Part shown: one piece after another, positions 56,801-64,000 of the stretch
Position numbering within the stretch: position 1 is the first letter of the stretch
How the letters are laid out: every line of letters starts with the position of its first letter
The notes under the pieces: model-generated
What the model was told of the DNA's origin: nothing
Seen by the model: the letters and a program-made list of their open reading frames with translations, nothing else
The model's database searches: none
Made by a program: the position numbers and the translations under genes
NCBI GenBank assembly: GCA_965637545.1
Contig: OZ281494.1
Location: 12,152,001-12,216,000 of the forward strand
Source: Phallusia mammillata
Taxonomy: Eukaryota
Length of the DNA stretch: 64,000 bases
Reading direction: 5' to 3'

Positions 56801-59800
56801 CAAAGGTACCCGCGCAACAGATGGTTGTTCTTGTCTTCGTAGGTTTATTATTACTAGCTGAGAGCCGCTATTGGCCTTACCGCGCTGATTCAATTTGACT
56901 GAAAAATCGATTTTTTGGACCGTTTTTTGATAGACAGTTATTCGCTCGCTATTTAAAGGCGCGTTGGTCTGTGGGCGCCCGTTGTGCAAGGTTATTGGCT
57001 GGAGGTGGTGAATTGATTTGAGCAACGATGTAATAACTTGCGTGGCCTGTGTGCTGCTGAGTTTAGTCTGTGTTTTGAAAGCGTATGTTTGTGAGGTGGC
57101 ACGAAGCATTTGACTGAAAATGCTAGTGAATAGTAGATGAATGGTAAATGGACTTGTGTATAGTAAAACCAGTTGACTAAAATTTTCTGGCCGTGGAAAT
57201 TGAAAAGTGATAAAGTCAAACTTCAAAAAAATTCTGATAATATTCGGTTATCTAATGTTGTATTGCATTTAAATAAACTTCTGTATTAAATGTCGTGCCA
57301 ATGCAATTAGCTCAGAGTTTGTAATACACTACAATATATGATTTTGCCAGTTTAACGTTGACCTGCCAAAACAAATGGAGTTGTGTTCAAAATATGCACA
57401 TTTTCTATAACATATGTTTCAACTGGTATTGTTTCATAGTATGTTTTAGCACGTTTAGTACCAAGTGACTTATTCAATGCGCGCTATTCATCTTAACACA
57501 ACTGATGAAGCGTTAAAAGCAAATTGCCGAGTTCACACTAACAGACCTAGTTGCCTGGAGCTTTGCTTGTGCTGCGTTGTATTGACTTAAAAGACCAACG
57601 TGTTTGCTCTGTCAAGATTGCGAAGCAGTGTTATCAGCCTCGCGCTAATTAATCCCCGATTACTTGCAGTTGGACTTGAGTCTTTGTAGGCCGAACAAAT
57701 TATCCCCAAACTGAAAAAGGTTTTTGTTTTTAGTGACTGGACAAAAGTGAAGTGATAATTTAAAAGCAGACAGATTGTCAAAGATTTAAATTGTTTTAGG
57801 TAGTGTTGTAAGGAGGTTTATACAAAGTTTTGAGTTGTTGAAAAATTAGTTTAATTCAGTAAGATGGCTACAGCAATACGAAAACTAAAAAGGCAAGTTT
57901 TTCAACCCCACTTTTGTGTGATTTTAGAACATTTTTCTGTGCGTTCTATTATGGCAGTCTGTAAATTTATGTGCCTAAGGGATGTTTTATAGGTAGCATA
58001 TTTTGTAAAATGTTGTGTTAAATAGTTAAACACACTGTTATCATGATTTTTTTAGCCGTGCCATCTGATTTGGTCTTGAGCTGCAAAAACATTTGCTTTT
58101 AAAAAATATTTGTACTTTAGGCAAATGTATGGTTATTTAGTGTTTTGTAGCAATTAGAGTTGACAATCCTTTGATCATGCGTAATACGTTCCATTTTTCT
58201 TTTGCAGTTTTCTTGCGATTCACAAATCCAACAGTGACGTCACCAAGCAAAATTCACCACGTCACAATGCTGAGTCATCACATTTGCAAGGTATGGAATT
58301 TTGCCTTTGCAAAGAGTTTTTTTATTGTTTGTAAGTCCAGAAGGGAAACTTTTATGTGCGAAAAACCTTTGCTTTGTATTTCTAATTTTTTCTGCATTAA
58401 ATGCGTTGTATCTAGTACTTTGGAAACCGCGCCTAAACTTAACAAAAAATCGATGCATTTTTATGTTAACCCCTAATAGGAAATTCCCAAGTGAATACGG
58501 AAATGGGAAATCGATGTGTGACGTTACCGCACTGTTTAATTAGGAAGTCAAATTCGATTATCGGTAGCTTGGCGTAAATCGATTTTCTGTACATGACAGT
58601 GTTATCTAACCTTTAACACAGGCCGGTTGATTGTTAAACTATCTTTGCTCTCCACAAAGCAGTTTTTTTACAGTATAACGCATTTAAAGTTAAGAATTGC
58701 CAAAATACAGTAATGTATTGTTTTTTAACATTCGCTTACTTTTGTTTTTACTTGGTATAGTTTTGTAACAGCGAGAGTATGAACTAAGTTTTACTTTTAG
58801 TTTCTTTCGTTAAATCTCCGGCCAAACTGGAAGAAGATTCAAAGAAACCGAAAGATGGTATGCTGAGAAAAATTAAATCCAAACTGGGACGGAATAAAAG
58901 TTTTTCGGGTGAAAATCGAAAATCTTTTATATTAGTCAAACGAACACAAAGTTTATCACACGGTAAGTTAAATTACGTTTAAATCCATTTACCCTCTAGA
59001 GCAGTGTTTTTCAACCTTTTTTGAGCCACGGAACACTGTACGCATTAAAATAATTTTGCGGAACACCAAACTAATTTTGATGTATTGAAACAACTAGGCT
59101 CTGACATTAAAGCGCTAAATCGCTGAAAACGCTAAATCACACATCAAGTTATCAGTAATCACTGAAACTGATAAAACGCTTACATATAGCGCTATTAAAG
59201 TTAGGGGGAGGTTTTGTGAAAACGTAACGTTAAAACTAGTATTGTACCTCAATACAATATTCGCCTAATACTGGCTGTTCCGTGATTCAGCATTTTCCGC
59301 GCAAACAATTTTGCTAAACGTCAGAAAACTTGTTCAATCTCGTTTCGGCTCAGACAGGGTATACGAATGTTACATATTTCTTAAAGCTCACCCGAAGTTA
59401 AATTGCACTATCCGTCAGCAATTTAACCGCGATTCAGCTATTTTATTATTAGACAACGAGTCTTATTATTAAACAACAATAAATGGAGCCAATCACTATA
59501 GAACAAAGTCGTGACGGAAATACTTTCGCTGGCGGAAATACTTTTGTAAATGGAAAGCCATTTTCGTCCATCGAGTTAGACCAGTGATTTTGGGCCGGTG
59601 TCGACATGAAACACTAGTTGATGGCGAACCGCCTTATAGTCCAAACGTCGTTCGTCTATATTCTACATAAGCTTATGCCGTGTCACTTAAACATGATAAG
59701 TTTGTTGCAGCTCCCACGTTGCTGCTTATCCATAAAACGTGTTTACAACAATGTACTTCATAAAATCCAGCTTTCAATAAAATGTTTTATTTCATGTATA

Positions 59801-62800
59801 GGAAGTCATGAGTCAAAACCTGTTACCCCAATACGGCGTTCAGCCGACGGAAAATTTCGCATTGAAGAATCCTACGCCATGACATCCGGCAATGCGCGCC
59901 GCAGCGACACCATGCGCTCAAATCCTCCGACTAACTCCTCCAGCTCGATGGCGCCTCGAAAACTTCGCCCGGTTAGCGACTCGTTTATCCCGCGGGAGAT
60001 GAACCGATTCACAAGGCCGAGAATTCAAGAAATACCAGAAGAAGATGAAAGCGATGGCCCAGCTTTGGAAATCGACTGTAGCAGAAGCGATATCGAGGTC
60101 CGCTACCTTCCCAATCAGTCGGATTTAACAACATCCAGCAACCGGACTCTTTCTCCCAGAAGAAGCGACATCGGATCCACGTCCTCACAGATATACAGAC
60201 CCATGTCGGCCAACACACTTCCCTACAGGAACATGCGCGCGACATCATTTTGCGAGACTCCTCCAAGACAGAGAGTAAAAAACGCGTATCCCACATCTAT
60301 TTATGATCCCTCATTCAGACCTGCATCCGCATCTTTCACCAACACTCCTCCTCAATCAGTGTATCCTCCAGCCGAGTATGTTTATTTGAAAGATCTTGGA
60401 CTCCCGTGTCCTGAAACTCCGAGCGAAGGTCCTGGATCAAGATGCTTCAGTCCAGCTTTTCCTCTTGATCCGATGATGTCTTCCCATAATCCCACTCCCG
60501 CTGCTCCTCCTAAAGATAAATATCATCAGCACTCGACTCTTCCTGGTGGACATTATCACCTTTCTCCACGCGAGAGTGTAGCCGAGCACCCTGACAGTCA
60601 TCCTAAGTCGCGTTGGCGGGAGGAACCCTTTCCCACGTCCCCATCACCAACCTCGTCCCCTGCCAAAAATGACAATCAAACTCCGGAGCAGAAAAACAAA
60701 CTTCTATCGCCAACATCTTCTTCATCTTCTAAAAATACGAATTCCAACAAAAAACGTCCCTCAAATTTGCAGACCAATACCGCGCAAAAACGAGTTACTC
60801 GATTTCACTCGCTACCCGATTTTAACTCGCACTCTTGCTCAATGCCCTCCTTGTCTCCGAAGCGGATGTCGGAAGACCTCAAGGAGAAGAGAAGCGCCTC
60901 CGAAGATCTTTTGACACCTTGTGAAGAAGATTTAGATCGCGAACGAAGATGCAGTTTCACATCCGGAAGTGCAAGTACAGTTAGAAGACTTCCATCAAGG
61001 GATAGCAACTTATGCTCTGCAGTTGAAAGTACAGGTTTGTTTCTTTTATATACAACAAGGTACTGCACTTTACCGCATTTTAATCTTTCATGGAACTTGC
61101 CCATAGTAGTAAGAATCTTTAAGGGTTAATAGAAACACCGGTAAACATCTAATATTCTTTCCAGTGTCCCTAGATAAGACTCCGCCGGCTCGGGACTGCA
61201 TCGAGTCTACTTCCTCTGACGTCAGCGCCTCGACCGAGAACCAAACTCCCCGGCCACTGGAGGCGCTCGCGGAAACTTCGAGCGGGTACGAAAGCCAAAA
61301 CACGTCGTCGGACATTTCACCATTTGCACATCATGCGCTGGTCACCGATCACGGGCATGATGCGCGCTATCACGATACCTCATTCTTTCATCATGTGAAT
61401 AACCCTTGTGATCACGTGAGCGGTCTGAGGGCCAGCAACGCTTCATCAACTGAATCTAGGTTCGATGTGTGATCATGTTTTTGTGTTTCCTGCGAATGGC
61501 TTTCATGGCTTCTGTATCGCTCTTTGCTTATTCCTTTTCACAGCACCATGCTTTAGCTATGCTTCGGCTTTCTGTGTCGGTAGATCAGTAAAGGAGCAAT
61601 CCAATTATGCAATATGTCATTGGGTTGCAGCCAAGCGGCCGATAAACGAAGAAATTTTATGAAGCATGCATACGTTGGTTTACTTTTATGTTTTAATATT
61701 TGGGACATTAAAAAAAACGTTTTGCATGCTGATTTCACCTTTCTTCTTATTTACATACAATATTATCACAAGTTTTATAAGTAAAAAAACGATTGCGAGC
61801 TGATTAATGCATTAAATGCGCAACTGTCATTCGCGCTAATTCACGCATTTTAACTGTTTTTCTAACCATGTCAATCATACAATCGTAAACTGAACGCTTC
61901 TTACTGCTAGTTATAAATTTACCAACTTAAAGCGTGACTGGTTTGACAAGATTTTTTTCTATTTACGGTTTTGGGTTGAGTTTAAAAAAATGAAGTTGGT
62001 TATAAGACGATCATGGATAGAACCGATGGACTTATTTTTACATATTTATTCAGCAGATCTCGTCGAGACAATTCCTCAGTGGACGAGAAGTACGAATGGG
62101 ATTCAGAATCAGCAATGGAATCCGAAATCTTAGAAGCGTTAAAACATTTCGGCAACCACAAAAGATCTGGACCAGTTTCTCAGGTTTGAATTGAATCTTT
62201 CTGTAATGAAAAGTTAACAACACTAACCCTTCGGCATCATGCGTGTTAACGCATTTAGCGCACAAAACAGTCTTTGTTGCGCATAATACATCTGATTGTG
62301 CTCGGTGTAATCAAGAAGCTTTTGTGTATGCTCTCAACTATCAACTATGAAAAAGATACTAAAGCCACTTTTTAATGAATTTGCTTCGTTTGATAAATTT
62401 AGTTCAACTTATGAATTTCGTGCAGCGAACATGCCAAGATGAATCACATTCTTGAGATTAGAAATACAGCCTGCGCATTTATTTTGTTATTGCTTTGTAC
62501 TATGAAACTTAAATGTAAAACGACAAAAACTACAAATACTTTTCAGTGACCACTATCAGCAACAAGTATGCACGTTGCTTTCGTTTAACCTTGGAAAGTC
62601 CCAGAAAGTCCTTTAGCTGCTACATAAACCTAAATGAATAGTTAAGGGTTAGTGTTTTGCTTAAATCAGTATTGGTTAAACTTGTTTCAGGATCTGTTAA
62701 AAGAATTACTAAAGCTTGGAGTGAATCCAGAGACGCTTAGTCTAACGAATGCCGATATAGAACTCCTAAGGCTTGCCAAAGACGACTCTACAAGTTCGAG

Positions 62801-63547
62801 TTTGCTGCAGGTATAATACATTAAGCGTATAATGTTCACGTTTATTGTCGCAAAAGTAACATTGGTAAGCAAATTTGCATGAGAGTAAATTGGTAAAATT
62901 AAATAAGCTTAAAATATAGTCTTTTGACCCTTGAATATTTTTGAACAGGACTCAAATTTGCTCCAAGTTCCGACCTCCATAAGCAAACAAAGCATTGAAA
63001 AGAGGTAAGTTCATATTCTGTTTGTGTTTCGCTGTTTGAGTTATGTTGACCCTGTATTAAAAACATTTCTGTACTTGCAATATGGTTTGTAATAAACCGC
63101 CCCAATCTTGTGTTTATATTTACTTCTAACCTGTAACAAAAACATATTAACGTGGAAACATAAAATGTCACCCAATCCAAAAAAGTAAAAATAAATTTAT
63201 ATCAATCCAAAAAGTTGATGTAGTATGTATATAACTTATATGGATCCAGGGTTTGTTATTGAAATAAGTTAACCCAATTATGTGACAAAATAGGTTAACC
63301 CAGTTATGTGACCAATGTTGATACTCGTCAAATAAATTGATATTATCCGCCAATTTATAATGTTGTAACTTCATAAGATTCTCTATTTGCACAATAGCAA
63401 ACGTTTTGTTTTTCGCATTTGTAAGTGAGCATAGCATAGACTTTTGTTACTTATCATTGTCTGCTTGTTAGATGCGCCGCTCTGAAGGAAGAATACATGG
63501 AGTATCAACGGCGGCGAAACGTCACAAGCGATACTGAGAATTTATGA
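29769..63547 (+). CDS. IGSF9B: Gene B: complete Turtle/IGSF9(B)-like receptor paralogue, 1604 aa (SP, 5 Ig, 2 FN3, TM, long tail)
   Basis: 23 coding exons: 29769-29820, 37776-37955, 39551-39694, 48020-48162, 48276-48405, 48660-48765, 48903-49084, 50531-50673, 50990-51247, 51340-51493, 51940-52051, 52539-52714, 54565-55248, 55430-55582, 56011-56053, 58208-58290, 58801-58962, 59802-61034, 61165-61459, 62054-62183, 62691-62810, 62949-63004, 63472-63547 (sum 4815 nt). Alternative first exon 46837-46909. The symbol marks family similarity, not proven 1:1 orthology. Confidence 0.9.
37776..37955 (+). CDS. Gene B exon: Ig1 N-half
   Basis: GKSALLPCDV...PYVIQWLRQ...PVFMKIGKNPVIISPHFK; phase 1-1. Confidence 0.92.
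39551..39694 (+). CDS. Gene B exon: Ig1 C-half
   Basis: GRLTLLSNSATLRISDLQLSDEGWYQCKILYLD...HLVVD; CTAAC branch-point match upstream of the acceptor. Confidence 0.93.
46837..46909 (+). CDS. Gene B alternative first coding exon (signal peptide)
   Basis: MRKMIANVHGMSAILTSLLLCVTA + G|gtaagt; phase 1 joins the Ig2 exon (ESPAF...). Confidence 0.75.
47342..47372. promoter_or_regulatory. CRE-CRE-E-box cluster, candidate enhancer
   Basis: TGACGTCA at 47342 and 47353 plus CACGTG at 47367; a similar CRE pair lies at 38341/38361. Confidence 0.35.
48020..48162 (+). CDS. Gene B exon: Ig2 N-half
   Basis: SPAFRSTSPP...LHCRVVGKPKPDVTWSKDG; phase 1-0. Confidence 0.93.
48276..48405 (+). CDS. Gene B exon: Ig2 C-half
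   Basis: IEIRSLTKAHRGSYTCRGNNSHG; 130 nt. Confidence 0.93.
48660..48765 (+). CDS. Gene B exon: Ig3 N-half
   Basis: APPEINVAPKNVTVKEGQDAFFSCKASGYP; 106 nt. Confidence 0.94.
48903..49084 (+). CDS. Gene B exon: Ig3 C-half
   Basis: WSFNG...RGNVTCEADNGYGLAPTASAHLIVQ. Confidence 0.94.
49114..49255. repeat. Short copy of a Helentron/HINE-like repeat
   Basis: gtccccttccctgacggggacacgtattgtttt hairpin head, T tract and one partial unit; matches 52805 onward. Confidence 0.6.
50531..50673 (+). CDS. Gene B exon: Ig4 N-half
   Basis: YAAYVRAMP...LHCNAAAEPPVNTVTWRKDG; 143 nt. Confidence 0.94.
50990..51247 (+). CDS. Gene B exon: Ig4 C-half + Ig5 N-half
   Basis: DEGLYTCTPYNILGTAG...SCIGMGDPPPTVSWRK; 258 nt. 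Confidence 0.94.
51340..51493 (+). CDS. Gene B exon: Ig5 C-half
   Basis: GNITISSITKDDFGLWQCVVSNAVADVT. Confidence 0.93.
51940..52051 (+). CDS. Gene B exon: FN3-1 N-half
   Basis: TTPHSVKNV...LAWIPGYDGGYPQHFMIW. Confidence 0.93.
52539..52714 (+). CDS. Gene B exon: FN3-1 C-half
   Basis: LDPDTVYQFAILPENVLGSGPFS; 176 nt. Confidence 0.94.
52805..53220. repeat. Helentron/HINE-like repeat with about 2.2 tandem 157-bp units
   Basis: Hairpin head GTCCCC...GGGGAC and (CTTTTTT)n tract; cggttcacccacaggcccccgaaacgtaaa recurs at 53004 and 53161. Confidence 0.65.
54565..55248 (+). CDS. Gene B exon: whole FN3-2 with 124-aa loop insert
   Basis: LSWQPP...GYLVEYR-[insert with RKKR and RKRR]-RWKIL...YQFRVLTVSPTAYSAPS; phase 1-1, no stops. 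Confidence 0.9.
55430..55582 (+). CDS. Gene B exon: transmembrane segment
   Basis: AGAIAGIVLGLLLVAVLLSITAIVC; donor G|gtagga. Confidence 0.93.
55712..55785. ncRNA. Pre-miRNA-like hairpin (or tiny foldback element) in a gene B intron
   Basis: Perfect 19-bp inverted repeat 55719-55737 / 55760-55778, extendable to about 26 bp with one mismatch and one G-U pair. Confidence 0.35.
56011..56053 (+). CDS. Gene B cytoplasmic micro-exon
   Basis: aaaacag|...AG|gtgatg; 43 nt, phase 1-2, mirrors gene A 19642. Confidence 0.78.
58208..58290 (+). CDS. Gene B cytoplasmic exon
   Basis: ttcttttgcag|...CAA G|gtatgg; the best phase 2-1 exon I found between its neighbours. Confidence 0.75.
58801..58962 (+). CDS. 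Gene B cytoplasmic basic exon
   Basis: ttacttttag|...CAC G|gtaagt; VSFVKSPAKLEEDSKKPKDGMLRKIKSKLGRNKSFS. Confidence 0.85.
59002..59200. mobile_element. Truncated hAT (Charlie-type) element, left end
   Basis: cagtgtttttcaaccttttttgagccacgg preceded by CTCTAGAG; no right TIR found, so the end coordinate is approximate. Confidence 0.6.
59802..61034 (+). CDS. Gene B large S/P-rich cytoplasmic exon
   Basis: 1233 nt open; contains PIRRSADGKF and EIDCSRSDIEVRY. Confidence 0.92.
61165..61459 (+). CDS. Gene B cytoplasmic exon (SSGYESQNT)
   Basis: ctttccag|; phase-2 donor AG|gttcga is weak but is needed to reach the next exon. Confidence 0.82.
62054..62183 (+). CDS. Gene B exon with conserved YEWDSE motif
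   Basis: RDNSSVDEKYEWDSESAMESEILEALKHF. Confidence 0.92.
62691..62810 (+). CDS. Gene B cytoplasmic exon
   Basis: DLLKELLKLGV...; phase 0-0. Confidence 0.85.
62949..63004 (+). CDS. Gene B penultimate exon
   Basis: 56 nt ending IEK-AG|gtaagt. Confidence 0.88.
63472..63547 (+). CDS. Gene B last coding exon
   Basis: RCAALKEEYMEYQRRRNVTSDTENL*; AATAAA at 63643 and 63792. Confidence 0.9.
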
Positions 63548-64000
63548 TGTCTATGCGACGTTCCCATTGTCGTGTTTTTCTTCAAACAAGTTTCTTACTG
63601 TCCGCCTGTGTGATATGCAATGCGTTGCTACAGTTATTTTTTAATAAAAACAACAACAACCGTTTTTTTTGTAGATATATCTTATAAACAAAACAGGTGC
63701 AGTTATATTTGATGACACTGGACCAACTTATAAACAATCAATCTTTCACTCAAATTGTTTTTGAAGAGTCAAACAGAAAGTCTGCCAACGAAATAAAACA
63801 CAGATTTAAAACAGCTTTAACGAACCGAGAAAAACGTAATTATTGAAGTTTTTCATGGATTATAAACTGTCAATTGCAAATCACGAGTTTGAAAGGATGC
63901 AAAATAGAAATGTTTTATTCGAATGAGCAAATAAAGAAATAAAAAGAGTTGACCCTGTTTACCCAATGCATGTTTAGGCTTTGAATAACGCTAAATACCA

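Noticed and set aside
56821-56898. 25-aa ORF MVVLVFVGLLLLAESRYWPYRADSI* as a secreted peptide
   Set aside because: Too short, no promoter evidence, and within chance expectation.
1-64000. rRNA, tRNA, CRISPR arrays, intact transposase or reverse-transcriptase ORFs, and multiple Dscam-like alternative Ig exons
   Set aside because: None recognisable by eye; no duplicate Ig exons found in the introns within this window.

Overview
AT-rich eukaryotic genomic DNA. An invertebrate chordate, most likely an ascidian, is inferred from compact GT-AG introns, chordate-type IGSF9 tail motifs and TGACGTCA-rich exons. Almost the whole window is a head-to-tail pair of ancient paralogues encoding Turtle/IGSF9 (Dasm1)-like adhesion receptors (signal peptide, 5 Ig, 2 FN3, TM, long S/P-rich tail), both on the + strand. 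Gene A runs from upstream of the window to 25277; its first exons lie outside. Gene B is complete (CDS 29769-63547, 23 coding exons, 1604 aa by my splice model). All exons were spliced by hand and the phases close. Main points of interest: (1) both paralogues carry a second signal-peptide exon in the Ig1-Ig2 intron, predicting Ig1-less receptors; (2) both have a large loop inside FN3-2 with furin-type sites, and in gene B two sites flank a 72-aa segment that could be excised; (3) short tail motifs are conserved across otherwise unalignable tails (EIDCSxSDIEVRY, SSGYxx, YEWDSE, RCAAL); (4) TGACGTCA is strongly enriched, mostly in coding exons; (5) nested hAT/Charlie-type MITEs with perfect 8-bp TSDs, a Helentron-like repeat and a pre-miRNA-like hairpin sit in introns. 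No rRNA, tRNA or CRISPR array was seen.
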